64,000 nt of DNA. Source: Isurus oxyrinchus. Lineage: Eukaryota. The stretch lies in NCBI GenBank assembly GCA_026770705.1, contig JANJGN010000011.1, positions 113,584,001 through 113,648,000 of the forward strand. The letters are read 5' to 3'. Under the pieces are notes generated by a model. It was not told the origin of the DNA. It made no database searches and was given only the letters and a program-made list of their open reading frames with translations. This document shows positions 13,681 to 27,000 of this stretch, piece after piece. Position 1 is the stretch's first letter. Every line of letters begins with the position of its first letter. The translations under genes and the position numbers were made by a program.

Positions 13681-14283
13681 CCACTCAGACAGGAATGAGC
13701 TGCACTTGAGCCCAATCAGAAAGCACAGCCTGGGCACAGGTATTAATCACTTATACATAATGTTCACTATTGTCAATAAACTCCCAAGAATTTCTCCCTG
13801 CCTATGCTCCTCATTCTGATGAATAGTGGTCATGTCACTCAGATTTAAAACCTTAGCTCTTGCATAAGATAAAGGCAGGTGTGTCAATCCAGGGCCTCTT
13901 CCCTGTGCTTTGTGCAGTCTTCAGACCAAAGTGATGGGACTGCCTCACATTCTCTGGAAATATTACTGATGCCTGAACTTTAATGGTGCTTGTCATTGTT
14001 GCCAGAATGTAGTGAGCAGGCGTCACAGAGTTCCATCATTCTCTCTGGGGCTAGCCCCAATCTCATCAGCATCTATGACTAGTGACACTGTGCTCCTGAA
14101 GGGGTCAGTTGCTGAATGCTGACAAAAGATCAGGTGCAAGCAAGCTGCCCTCAGCCAGACAGGAGTCAGACATTCTCAGAGGGTATGTGAAGATCTATGG
14201 AGTGTCCTCACTTCACGTCGTCATCATCATCCTCCTGGAATTGAGCAAGAGGCCTCTGCTGCCTCTCCATGACAAGAGCCTTA

Positions 14284-15555
14284 TCACAGATGCAATGTGA
14301 AGATCTGTGTTGTCTCTTCATTGCATGCCATCATCATCCTCCACAAATCTAGCAGCTGTGAGGGCCTCCCGAGCGTGCCTGCCTCATCTGGCCAGTTCGA
14401 TGGCCTCTTTGCCGTCATCATCGCCTTCGAGGACCTCTTCACCCTCATCCCTTTTGACATCCACTTCATCAGAGGAGACTTCCAGCTCCTCCTCAGCCAC
14501 TCCTCCTCAGCTAGCTCCTCTGCCCGTTGCAGCACCAGGTTGTAAAGGGCACAGCAGCTGATGATGATGCAAGACACCCTCTGTGGTCTACATTGCGGGG
14601 CTCCACCAGACTGGTCCAGGCAGCGGAACCTCATCTTTAGCATCCTGATGGTTTGCCCTACCAAGGTGTGGGTTGCAGCATGAACCTTATTGTACTCTGC
14701 TGCAGTCTGAGACTGCCACATGGCTGTCATCAGCCATGTCCTCTGTGGGTAGCCCTTGTCCCTGAGGAGCCCTCCCTGCAGCCTCTGTGAACCCTGGAAG
14801 ATATCCGGAATCTGAGACCAACTGAGAATGTAGGAGCCATGGACACTCCCTGGGAGCCATGCACAGACCTGTAGATGCAGACCTGGTGGTCGCACATTCA
14901 GCGAATGGGAGCACTCACAGTTGACACAGTTGACCGCTTGTTGTAACGAAGCTCTGAGCGAGTGAGTGAGTGCAGTCAATGGCACCCTGAACCTGTCGGA
15001 AATCTGAGCTCTCGGCAAATCCCAGCACTCTTGCATTCTGGCTGTCCTGGTCCCAGGCGAAACGCACCAATTGTATGCCTTCGTGAAGACAGCATCCGTG
15101 ACCTCATGGATGCATTGGTGGGTGGAGGTTTGTGATATTCCACAGACATAACCTGTGGAGCCCTGAAGGGAGCCACTGATATACAAATTGAGTGCCGCTG
15201 TCATTTTCGTGGTCGTGGGCAGTGGGTGCCGTCCATGTCCCCGTGGTACCAAATCCTGCAGCAGCTGGCAGATGTAAATGACCGGTCCCCTAGACGTGGG
15301 CAGTCTTTGGCGACACTGGTTCTCAGTCATCTGCAGGAATGAAAGGCAACGTTTATAGACCCTGGGTCTAGCTAGGCGTGGAACAGCGATGGCTCGCTGT
15401 GGTTCTTCAGCAGTGTGTGCGGGATCCCCAGCCGCCCCTTCTTCTTGAGGGTGTTGCTCCTCCACCTGCCCAGCCAGACATCTCTGTTACTCTCTTCTCT
15501 TTTGTCTCTGTTTTCTGTACACCACAAGGCATACAGCGAGTACACCAGGCTCCAT
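14284..15555 (-). pseudogene. HARBI1-like Harbinger transposase, inactivated
   Basis: RPRVYK..LSFLQMTE; ALNLYISGSLQG..GISQ; VQGAIDCTH out of frame (~14965-14992); PGSVHGS; LRDKGYP; YNKVHAATHTLVGQTI.MLKMRFRCLD with the catalytic E changed to G; ATG at 15555 preceded by a polypyrimidine-cag acceptor at ~15574-15597. Confidence 0.9.
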
Positions 15556-18500
15556 GCTCCTGATGCACTCCTCCTGCAGGATGAAAGAGAGAGACATGTA
15601 GGAAATCTCAGAACCTCCCTTGGTTAAGTCTGAGGGCCCCTTAACGCATTCCAGAGAGTGCTGGCCATCACTTGGATGGCCGGAGTTTAGTGTGCTGCAT
15701 GGCTGCCCAAATCCCCACTCTCCACTACCTCACTGCACCTGGCTGATTGGCAGCAGCTTTGCCCATTGGACTGCATACTGTGCTCTCAGCTCAGGTTCAG
15801 GCATTCTCCTAAACCGTACTGCAAGTCTGCACTGTTAGCTTGAACCATAGGGGAGACTGGTCCAAACCTGAAAGATGACATTGCAAGGCGCTGTGAGTGT
15901 CTCCATCAGTGACTGCTCCATGACCAGCTTTAGCAAGGAGACTGTATGATGTGCTCAGCCATTCAGCAGTCCACTAAAACATTCATTAGTTTGCAGCCTG
16001 TGCCGGAGGTGTGAAAAGTTCAAGAGCATTTGGTGGCACTTTCATGCTTCTGCATTGCTTGAGTGGGAAGATAAGCTAGAGGCCCAACTCCAACATGTCA
16101 ATGTGGCTGCATCTGAACTGTCTCAGCTGCGGAGGAATGGTCGCTATATACAAGGTTTCACTAATGCATGGCCGCTTCCCTTACTCAGCATGTGCTTGTG
16201 CATTACCATCAAATGCAGTGTGGCCCTTGCCCACCCCACGCAAATCGCCTCAATCACAGTGCAGCCCTTGTCCACCACCCCCCCCACCAAGTCACCTCAA
16301 CCGCAGTGCAGCCTTTGCCTACCCTGCAACTTGCCTCAGCTGCAAGGCAGCTCATGCCCTGGCAATGCACTGTCAACCAGCCAGGAAAAAGTGACTTGCC
16401 TGCACCCTTGTATGAGGTGTGGTGCCTCAAACTTGAAGTTGAACAGGGGACCCTGGCGAGCACTGCACAACATTACTGTGCACTCACCTCCGAGTTCCCC
16501 TCAAAGTGTAACCCGCATGCCTTATATATGTTGATATGAAACATGGTGGGTGGACAATCCAGCAGGTGGGGTTGAGTCCGGCGGGCTGGCCTTATAATTA
16601 TCTGCAGATGTATTGCAATGAGGTTCCTGATGTTCAACAGCGGGAAATGCAACCCTCCATCGACAGGCAGAGCAGACGATTGCAAACTGATTTCACAATG
16701 TCATGAAACCAATTTTTAGCCTTCTCGCCATACCACCAAACACACCCGATATCAGCGAAATAAGACTTCAAATTAAGTTATTTCTCTTTGTAACAATTCA
16801 GTTGAGATCAAACAACTGTAGCTCTGATAGCAAAGCACAAATATCTAGTCTTATTTTTTTTATCAGCCAATTATGAAATCTTGGTTTGCTTTTTGTATTT
16901 GCATGATTGGGAGCTGGTTATTTGGAATAAAATGCGTCTGAGAGTTGTGATTATTTTCTAAATTTAATGGAGCAGCCATCGTAACAGATAGTGGTCTGGT
17001 GTTTACCTAAAACAGATTGAACTTTGAACAGCTCACCATAATCTGAATGGTTCAAACATGTCTTTCAAAGTACTCCCATGAATTCTTTATTTTCTTCCAG
17101 GGAAAATTGCAGGCTTAAAATAAATAATTTAAATGTCATTAATTAAAATGTAATAAGTGTATAAGGTGATGTGAAACATTTACAATTGGAGAACTGAAGA
17201 CGAACCAGAGGGATACATATGTTGTCTAGCAAATTAACTCAAATTAAGACTACAGTTAAATGCCAATAGCAAAAATTGACAAGTGCCCTTTCTTGTTTTT
17301 TTGACTTTTTTTACATAGAAAATCATCATATTACATTTTGCTGTGACTGTATAATAACTTTAGAATTGTGCTCAAATGTAGAGCAGCAGAATGTTAACTT
17401 ATTTCGACAAATACCTGTCCATAGCTTTTGCAAAATGTCTGATGTGAAAAACATAGCAGTAAACATATCTTATTTGAAACATACTGTTTCTGTTTTGTTT
17501 TGTGAAAAAAAGACAGCTGTTCCCAGTAGCTCAAAAGGCAAACAGTGCAGCCTTGCTGACATGTTGCTTTGTTACTGTGTTGCTGTGGTGATTTCAAACC
17601 ATTGAATGAACTTCATGAAGGGGACACAGATAAGAAAGCAAAACTGGTTCAGCAGTGCAAAGAATATGTGAGGCAAATTTATCTGAGCCATGTATGGAAT
17701 AAAACCCTGGTAGGGGATAATCCTTTTCTCAAACTGGTTTTGGAGCAATGTAATAACACATGTAATATGTTATTAAATTATTTAACATGTTGTATTCTCA
17801 CCAGTTCTCTTATATTCTGTGTCATTACAAATATTATTGCACTGGATGTAGCTTTTCATAGTTTTTGTCTGTGGTTTAAGCAAAGGAAGAAACAATGAAC
17901 GTGGTTAAAGAATTAACCAATAATCTGCTTCAATTTGTGAACTTCAATTTTTACTAATAATTAATTGAAATTCTTCAAAGAATACATCGGTAAAATGTCA
18001 AACAGTGGCTATTTAACAATGAGTTACAAAATGCAATGGAATGATTCAAATAATGGTAGGGCCTAAACATTAGTAGTTTATGAATAATAATTGAGCCTTG
18101 AAAGTGAGCAACAATAGCATAAATGTGTTATTTAATACAGGAAAAAAAGTTACAGAGATTTCTTAAATGCGATCACTCATTGCTGAGACTCCATGAGTAG
18201 GGCTTGCTGAATGAGAATACTGGGAAGGTATTTTAAAACCCTGGCATATAAGCAGCTTTTTCTAATATGACCACAGTGAACTTGCACCACTACAGAATAT
18301 TAGTATAAATTTTGGGATGGAAATTCTTCATCTTTTACAGAAAAATATGCTTAATTTGTTATCCCTCACATGTCAGAGTTGTTTGTTGGCAGTGGAGATT
18401 TGCTTTCTCATTAATGTATTTTTTCTCAAATGTCTATCATAGAATTTTCTACTTTTCTGTGTGATTTCATTGTGTCATCCTTTAATTAAAGCATTGGTTC

Positions 18501-18798
18501 CCTTCTCCTAGTTTTTGGTAGGAATTTTTTTGGCTTCTTCCCGAATTTTCTGAAAAGTTACTGCACTTGCCAAAGCTTTACTGCAATCTCAGAACTTTAC
18601 TGTGGTTGATAAACCTTAACTGCGCGCACCAAGACTTTTCTCCATTTGGTGAAATGTTGCAACATTCTTCTACTTGTGTCCATTTTCGACAGTTGTGATC
18701 AAAAGTAATATTGATGTATTCTAGCAGATTCTTAAAGTTTGTGCCTTTCTGGTCTCTAATGGTAATGATCTAGACCAGGTATCTTTAGCAGACCCATT

Positions 18799-19430
18799 GG
18801 GCAGAAATTTTCGCTCGGCGGGCGGGTGCGTGCCCAACCCGCTTGAGTGTGAAATGATGTGGGTTGACGCTGCCGAGCATCAACAGGCAGTTGAGCGATA
18901 GTTCGGTCGGTGGATGTGCGCCGGAACAGGCAACACGCCCACTGACAATGAAAAGGTCTGTTAAGGCCATTAAGTAATCAATTAATGTAAATTTTTCACA
19001 GCCTTCGCATTTTTTTGAAACCTCATCCACGGGTGGGATGAGGTTTCCAAATGCAAATAAAAAAATAATAAAAACTTTAATTTTTGATTAATAATATGTC
19101 CCTGCTAGGACATTTTTAATTTCTTCATTATTTGTTGTTATATCTCTTCATTTCTCTGAGGCAGCTCTGTGAAATTACCTCAGGGAAATTATGCAGCGCT
19201 CACTCACGCACGTGCGTGAAGTTTGCATTCGGCCCGGTCAGACTCCCCCCCCTCCCCCCCCCCACCTCCCGCACAGGCAGCGCTCAGCACTGCTGCTCGC
19301 GTTTCATGCTGTGCTGGCCTTAAATGGCCCGCCAGCATGAAATCGCGGTGTAGTGCCGATCGCAGTCAACAGTCGGCTTCCCAACCGCCACCGCTGAGCC
19401 CGCCTGCCCGCCAAGGGCAAAATTCTGCCC
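18799..19430. mobile_element. Harbinger-type MITE
   Basis: TIRs gggcagaaatttt / aaaattctgccc; perfect 3-bp TSD att (18796-18798, 19431-19433). Confidence 0.9.
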
Positions 19431-19454
19431 ATTATTTCAATGATTTTTTTTAAT

Positions 19455-19690
19455 GAAATAGGAGTAGATTAGCCATATAACCCCTCAAGCTTGTGGTACC
19501 ATTCAATAAGATGGTGATGGTGAAAATTATCAGTGTTCAACAAGATCATGGCTGAACTTCGACATCAGTTCAATTTACGCATGCTATTTCCATATCCCTT
19601 GATTTCCTCAGTGTCCAGAAATTTATTGATCTCATCAGTGAATACATTCATCAACTAAGCATTCATTGTCCGCTGCAATAGAGATATATT
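19455..19690 (-). mobile_element. CR1 3' tail fragment
   Basis: 'aataggagtag...ccattcaataagat...catggctga' matches the tails at 53890 and 58005. Confidence 0.6.
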
Positions 19691-20079
19691 TCATCATTTC
19701 AGGTGGTCATATTTCTTTCAAGTGTGATGTCAAATGCACGATTTGAGTAACGGCAAATACTTCAGAGTAGATGATGATTGACAATAAGAAGGACAATATG
19801 AGCTGCCAAAAGCCTCTAAAAAGAACTTCCTGACTGCAAGAATAGGAAAGGCTGTGCTGCGATGCAAGAATTCACTGCATGAGTAATGGTAGCAATTAGA
19901 TTGCCAGTTTCATTGTGGTACATGGCAACACTTAATAATTTTCACTATCATGCACCTCACAAGTCTTCCTAGAAGAGTGTGATATGGAAGAGAGATATAG
20001 ACTTCATTAGATAGGTGCCTTTGCAATGTTGGATTGAGTACAAATATCACAATGTGTTGATATATGCATGTTCTTCAAC

Positions 20080-22575
20080 ATCTGAACCCTATGAAGTCTC
20101 ATGGCATCAAGTCAAACATGGGCAGGGAAACATTCTGCTGATTATCATGTATAACCCCCATCAGCTGATGAATCAGTGCTCCTCCATGTTGAACACCACT
20201 TGGAGGAAGCACTGAGGATGTCAAGGGTACAGAATGTACTCTAAGTGGGGAACTTCAATGTCCATCACCAAGAGTGACTCAGTAGCACCACTACAGACCA
20301 AACTGGCCAATTCCTAAAGGACATAGCTGCTAGACTGGGTCTGTGGCAGGTGGTGAGGGAACCAACAAGAGGGAAAAACATTTTTCACTTCATCCTCACC
20401 AACCTGCCTGCCACAGATGCATCAGTCCATGACAGCATTGGCAGGAGTGACCACCACACAGTCCCTGTGAAGACAAAGTCCCTTCTCCACATTGAGGACA
20501 ACCTCCATCACATTGTGCAGCACTACCACCATGCTAAATATAATAGATTTCGAATTGATCTAGTAACTCAAGACTGGGCAACCATGAGGTGCTGTGGGGC
20601 AGCAGCAGAATTGTACTCAACCACAATCTGTAACCTCATGGCCCGGCATATCCTCCACTCTACCATTACCACCAAGCCAGGAGGTGGACCTTGGTTCAAT
20701 GAAGACCACAGGAGCGCAGGAGCGCATGCCAGGAGCAGCATTAGGCATATCGAAAAATGAGTTGTCAACCTAGTGAAGCTATAACACAGGACTTCTTGCC
20801 TGCTAAACAGCAAAAGCAGCAAGTGATAGACAGAGGTGAGCAATTTCACAACAACGGATCAGATCTAAACTCTTCAGCCCTACCACACCTGGTCTTAAAT
20901 GGTGGCGGGTAATTAAACAACTCACTGGAGGAGGATGCTCCAAATATCCCCATCCTCAATGATGGACGAGCCCAGCACATCAGTGCAAAAGAGAAGGCTG
21001 AAACATTTGCCTTCATTCAGCCATAAGTGCCGAATGGGTGATCTATCTTGGCCTTCTCCAGAAGTCCCCAGCATCACAGATGCCAGTCTTCAGAAAATCC
21101 AATTCACTCCATGTGATATCAAGAAACGGCTGAAGACACTAGATGTTGCAAAGGCTATGAGACCTGATAATATTCTGGCATAGTACTGAAGACTTCTGCT
21201 CCAGTACTTGCCATTGCTCTGCCAAGCTGTCCCAGTTACAATACCAGCCTCTACCCGGCTATGTGGGAAATTGCCCAGGTATGTCCTATGCATGAAAATT
21301 CAACCCAATCAATTACCGCCCTGTCAGTCTACTCTCGATCATCAGCAAAGTGATAGAAGAGATCATTGACGGTGCTGTCAGGTTCACTTGCTTAGTAATA
21401 ATGTGCTCAATGATGCTCAGTTTGGGTTCCGCCAGGGTCACTCAGCTCCTGACCTTACAACAGTCTTGGTTCAAACATGGACAAAAGAGCTGAACTCAGT
21501 AGGTGAGGTGAGAGTGATTGCACTTGACATCAAGGCAGCATTTGACCAAGTTTGGCATCAAGGAGAAAACTCTCCACCAGTTGGAGTCATTCCTAGCAGA
21601 AAGGAAGATGGTTGTGGTTATTGGAGGTCAATCATCTCAGTTCCAGGGCATCATTGCAGGAGTTTCTCAGGGTAATGTCCTTGACGCAGCCATCTTCAGC
21701 TGCTTCATCAATGACCTTCCTTCCATCATAAGGGCAGAAGTGGGGATGTTCGCCGATGATTGCATAATGTTCAGCACCATTCGTAACTCCTCAGACAATA
21801 TCCAGGTTTGGGCTGACAAGTGGCCAGTAACATTCACACCATATAAGTGCCAGGTAATGACCATCTCCAACAAGAGAGCATCTAATCATCGCCCCTTGAC
21901 ATTCAATGGCATTACCATCACTGAATCCCCCACTATCAATATCCAGGGGGTTACCATTCACTAGAAACTAACTGGACTAGCCATATAAATACTGTGACTA
22001 CAAGTGCAGGTCAGAGGCTAGGAACCCTGTGGTGAATAACTCACATCCTGCCTCCCCAAATTCTGTCCACCAAGGCACAAGTCAGGAGTGTGATGCAATC
22101 CTTGCTTGGATGAGTGCAGCTCCAACAACATTCAAGTAGCATGACACCATACAGGACAAAACAACCCCCTTGCTTGGCATCCCATCCACAAGTATTCACT
22201 CCCATCCACCTCTTTAACTCAGTGGTAGCAGTGTGTACCATGTACAAGATGCACTGCAGGAACCTTCCAAACCTACAACTGCTACAATCTAGAAGGACAA
22301 GTATAGCAGATGCATGGGAACACCAGCACATGGAAGTTCCCCTCCAAGCCACACACTATCCTGACTTGGAAATATATCACCGTTCCTTCATTGACGCTGG
22401 ATCAAAATCCTGGAATTCCCTCCGTAACAGTACTATGGCTACTGTACTGTACTGTACACCACATGGACTGCAGCGGTTCAAGAAGGCAGCTCACCACCAT
22501 CTTCTCAAGGACAATGAGATATGGGCGTTAAATGCTGGTCTAGCCAGTGATGCCTACATCCCATGAAAGAATATT
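20080..22575 (+). mobile_element. 5'-truncated LINE of the dominant family (APE part plus RT), disrupted
   Basis: GNFNVHH, SDHH, QFGFRQGHSAPDL, ALDIKAAFD, GMFADD, FKKAAHHHLLK, family tail. Confidence 0.92.
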
Positions 22576-23309
22576 TAAATCTTCCTACATGAATTTGTGC
22601 AGAATAAGGCAACTTGTACTCTTCCCAAAGAATCTGTCTCAGCTCCAATAACAAAGAATCTTTCCCTTATTGTAACAGTGTCATCCTTTTGAAATGTTCA
22701 CACCTGGTATTCTGTTACCCCTCTGAGTGAGACATCTGATTTAACTGTACTGGTTTAGAGGCAACTTGATGTTGTGGGCCAATAGCTGGATTGGAGCCAA
22801 CCAAGGTTTTTTCAGATATGACCCTCATTCCCAACAGCGGATGCCTTTACCCTGTCAATCTAGGACGCATTTGAATTTACGTTCCAATACTAAGAAGCCA
22901 TTGTTTATTTGTACAAATCCCCTTGTTTAGAGCCACTTTCAATGTTCTCAATCATGGCCTTTGTAGCAAATAAGCATTTCCATATCATCAGTCAGTGATC
23001 TTTGTTTGCTTTGTCATGTATGTTTCCATGGCTATTGAGATTTAAGTCATCCTTTCAAGATAAGAAACTGTTCATACTACATTTGCTTTTTTTAAAATTC
23101 ATTCATAGCATATGGATAGAGCTCATAGTCAGTGTTTCCTGTTCATTCCTCAATGCACTTCGGAAGGTAGTGGTGTGTCACCTTCTTGAGCCATTGTATA
23201 TTTTATCACCAGATTTTTTTTCATTTTCTATTCTTTTTAATTTTGGTTTCCCAGTGCATTTCATATAGCTTGGCAGCCTTCTGTCTTGTAAGACAATGGT
23301 TTGAGCCTT

Positions 23310-23830
23310 GGTGGCAAACTCTATGTTGAACATCACCTGGTGTGACTCAGGAGTCCCATTCTTGCATGGCAGCCTCAGCTGCATTTGCTGCAGCTGAAGA
23401 CAATGGGTTGACAAGGTGCAGGATTCACTGGCCTCTGTTTTTTCTAGGCCCTTTTCTTGGCCATCTGAGCTTTTTGTTTCTTTTCACTTCTTCCAATGGT
23501 CCTCCAAACAGTCAGCCTCCAGAGATCACAGTCTTCAATGACTGCCTCCCAGTGTCATTGTTAATTTCCGCCATCTTCATATCTCGCTTGCAGGTTGCCC
23601 TTGTAGCGGAACATGGACATTCAGCAGGTTGAGACCCAGTGGCCAGTTCACCATACAGAAGGACTTTAGGTATAGACCCATCATCCATCTGACGTACATG
23701 GCTGGGCCAGCATAGGCATCATTGCAATGAGTAATGAGTATATGCTGATGGATTTAGCATGCTCCAGGACCTCTGAGTTGGTGACCTTGTCCTACCAAGA
23801 GATGCTGAAGGTAGATCTGAGACAGATGTA
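23310..23830 (-). mobile_element. RTE-clade LINE 3' fragment
   Basis: Minus strand reads WAQPCT/HV..M.DGSIPKVLLYGELATG..P...CKRD, typical of RTE C-termini. Confidence 0.7.
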
Positions 23831-23879
23831 TTGAGAACTCCTATGGCTGCACCTTCTCAACTATATATCATTGTGCCAC

Positions 23880-24140
23880 AGCCTCTGATTGGTCTTTCCT
23901 GTAGCAGGACAGTATATACCCAGAGATTGTGGCGGAGGAGCCTGGGACATTGACTGGAAGGAATCATTCGATGAGTATGACTATGCAAGTCTGTTGCTTG
24001 ATTATTCTGTGGAACAACTCTACCAATTTTGACACAAAGCCCCAGGTGTTAGTGAGGAGGACTTTGCAGGGTTTACTGGCCTGAGTGTGCCATTGCCCTG
24101 CGTGGTCAATGCTGGGTCATCCTTCCAGTTTTATCCTTAC
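23880..24140 (-). mobile_element. 5' part (linker plus APE start) of the dominant LINE, old copy
   Basis: Reverse complement matches 37750-38000 (caaagtcctcctcactaacacctgggg; gaccc/agcattgacc linker). Confidence 0.7.
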
Positions 24141-24554
24141 ATATTCTTAAGTATTTGCTTCTAGAAGAAGGGAGAATGTAGACCTGCAGGTTTATTCTGG
24201 ATATGACATCAGGTTTTCTGGGATTGCTTTGTCAAATGTGACTGTTGCAATTTGCTTGCTATTTCTCTTAACCAGTCAAATATACGATCTTCCTGTAACA
24301 AAATATATGAGCCCAAATGTTTCTTTCAGCAATGAAGTGCTGGCATTCAACACTGACAAAAATCCATACTTCCCTGTCTGTAAACTGCAGTGGGAATTTG
24401 CTCTCCCAGCTTCAGCATGACTCCAGCAGAGAATTCATACTTGAGGCCCAGCAGCCAGGCACATAGGTAGTGAAGCCATGGTGCCCTTTGATGCTAATAG
24501 AGGAAGTCACGCCCCTTGAGGCCAAGTAGTCAGTCACAGTTCAGGTTGGTGCTT

Positions 24555-24874
24555 TGTAATATATCTGATATGTAAGTCACCTTTAAGACAAGTGTTGCAA
24601 TGTAAAATCACACGATCTTAATACCCAATAGCAGAATAGTGCAGGCTACCACTGTGGGAGAGTCTTAAGTTAGACACTGAAGAGTGAAGACAGAGTTATG
24701 AGTTGTGAGCACATAAGCGTAGCTGCTGAGTTTAGTTTGTAAATAATCAATATGTTTTTATTCTAACAACGATCTCCTGATGCTCTCTGTCTCTGTACTG
24801 ACTCAGTCAGCCTGAATTACGCATGCAACATGGATCCTTTAGCTCCAACAAACCAAAGGGTACTGGATCCAACA
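24555..24874 (+). repeat. 5' LTR of Gypsy 1
   Basis: Direct repeat of 28351-28669. Confidence 0.9.
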
Positions 24875-26688
24875 AACTGGTGACGAGAGTAAAAGCACAA
24901 AAAAGCATGGAGAAAACAAATTAAAAAGCGAGCAAGGGCGAAGGAAATTAGAAGAACCAAAATCAGGCCGTACCTTGCACAGTTGTCGTAAGTAAAAGAA
25001 AAATTTCCTTCCCGATCATCGAAGTAATCCCTTCAGAGCATGCCGTAATTTGGAAGAGTGGAGCCTTTGGACCCAACCTTGGACGATTGATCTCATTATG
25101 TTGAACACCTCATGTTCTTCTTCCAGGTGAACAACATTGAGGGGGAGGAGAAGAGGCGCATGATCCTTCTGTCCACATGTGGGAGTAAGACATACTGACT
25201 AATTCGGAATCTGTTGGCACCCATTGACACAGACTTGAAAAGTTTTGATGACTTAGTGAGCCTAGTAAAGAATAATTACAAGCCCAAGCTGTCAGTGACG
25301 ACACAACGGTTTAAATTCAACTCAAGAATTAGATCTGCAGGGGAGACAGTTGCTTGTTATCTGGCGAGTCTGAAGCAATTAACTGAATATTGTGAGTCTG
25401 TCAATGACACACTTAGAGATCGTTTGGTGTGTAGTACAAACAAAACTGTGATTCAGAAGAGATTGTTGACAAACAAATTTAGATTTCTGGAAGACATTAG
25501 AAATCACTCTAGCAATGGAAGGCACAGTGTGAGACTCAGATGCCAAACGAGGAATGGAAAATGGTGCTGTCCTCCATGTTGGGCGGGAAGACTCAACCAA
25601 AAAGAACACGAAAGTGCAGAGCTTTACTCAGGAGCGGGAAGCAACCACCGCTAGCAAAAAAACTAAAGGAGGCAACTTAGCAGTAAAAAGTGGCATAATA
25701 GAAACAGAGATGGAAGCAGATAACTTTGTAATGAACCACAGTTTAAAAAGATCAAATGTTTCTTCTGTCATCGATATGGACACCTCATGAGGCATCGTAA
25801 AGATAGAATCAGGCAGACTAGCAGACAACAGCAAAAACACATTGAGATAAACTGTGTTGAAAAGCCTGAAGTAATAGATCATGATATATATTTGCTATAT
25901 AATTTAAAGGTAAGAAGAACAGAGCCTATCTATGTAACCATGAGAGTGAATGAGAAGCCTATCAGAATGTAAGTGGATACCGGTACAGCCACTACTTGAA
26001 TCATGGAGAATGTAAGCTGAATTTAGAAGAAACTGATGACAAATTAAGAACATACACTGGAGAAAACATACAAGCCAAGGGTGTAGGTAAAGTCACAGTA
26101 CACTACGGAGATAAACAGTGAGATTACCCTTGATGGTAGTAGTAAGTGAGGGACCTAGTCTCCTCAAATGAAACTGGCCGAAAGAAATTAAATTGGAATG
26201 GACGTAAATATTCCAGCTGAGAACTAATGGGCTTTCAGAACTACTACAAAAATATGCCTCAGTTTTCAAAGAAGAACTTCTAAAAACTGGGGAGCTCCAA
26301 GCAAAAGTTCATATAGATCCAGAGGCAATACGACAATTTATGAAAGCAAGACTAGTACCTTATGCAATGCAGAATTAGCTAGATGCAGAACTAGATAGTG
26401 AACTCAGAGTGATACAACCAGTACAATTTTCAGAGTGGCAGCTCCAATTGTATCTGTTCTCAAGCCTGACCAAAACATTAGAATATGTGGGGGCTATAAA
26501 TTAACAGTCAATAAAGTTGCAACATTGGATAGACACCCCATAACTTTAGATGCTAAATTGACAGGTGCGATGACTTATGCAAAGTTAGATTTGAGTTTCA
26601 TATACCAACAATTGGAATTAGAGAAGGTATCCTGGAAGTTTGTCACCATAAATACACATAAAGGATTGTATCAATACAACCTGTTTAC

Positions 26689-27000
26689 CTTTTTTTTATT
26701 CATTTACAGGATGTGGGCTTCACTAGCTGGGCCAGCATTTATTGTCCATCCCTAGCTCAGTGGGTCTGAAATCACATGTAGGCCAGACCAGGTAAGGACA
26801 GATTTCCTTCCCTAAAGGGGACCTGTTGGATTTTTACAGCAATGTTTCATGGTCATCATTAGACTTTTAATTCCAGATTTTTATTGAATTCAAATTCCAT
26901 CATCTGCTGTGGTAGGATTTGAATCCAGGTCCCCAGAGCATTACCCTGAGTCTCTGGATTATTAGTCCAGTGACAATGCCACTATGCCATCACCTCCCCC
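26689..27000 (-). mobile_element. tRNA/Deu-like SINE inserted in Gypsy 1 RT
   Basis: Head at the right end (reverse complement of tggcatagtgg and ggattcaaatcc), poly-T at the left end; splits RT LYQYN.LP|FGISSA. Confidence 0.88.

Larger units (their letters stand above)
10631..13740 (-). mobile_element. Tx1-clade LINE 5' portion (5' UTR plus ORF1), 3'-truncated
   Basis: ORF1 motifs below; CCAAT-like ctgattgg at the presumed 5' end (~13712-13719); flanked on both sides by Harbinger sequence. Confidence 0.7.
10056..16757. mobile_element. PIF/Harbinger DNA transposon (~6.7 kb), defective
   Basis: Left TIR gggcagaat at 10056; Myb/SANT exon on +, HARBI1-like transposase on -, convergent; both subterminal regions match 59241-60455; right TIR missing. 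Confidence 0.88.

Noticed and set aside
12800-13819. 339-aa Pro/Ala-rich ORF and overlapping Ser/Thr, Gly/Ala and Val/Leu ORFs as mucin-like or antifreeze-like genes
   Set aside because: The open frames follow from a nearly T-free repeat; the start is GTG, there is no signal peptide or splice context, and it lies inside a transposon.
14284-15465. Domesticated host HARBI1 gene
   Set aside because: Embedded in a TIR element with a related copy nearby, frameshifted, and missing catalytic residues.
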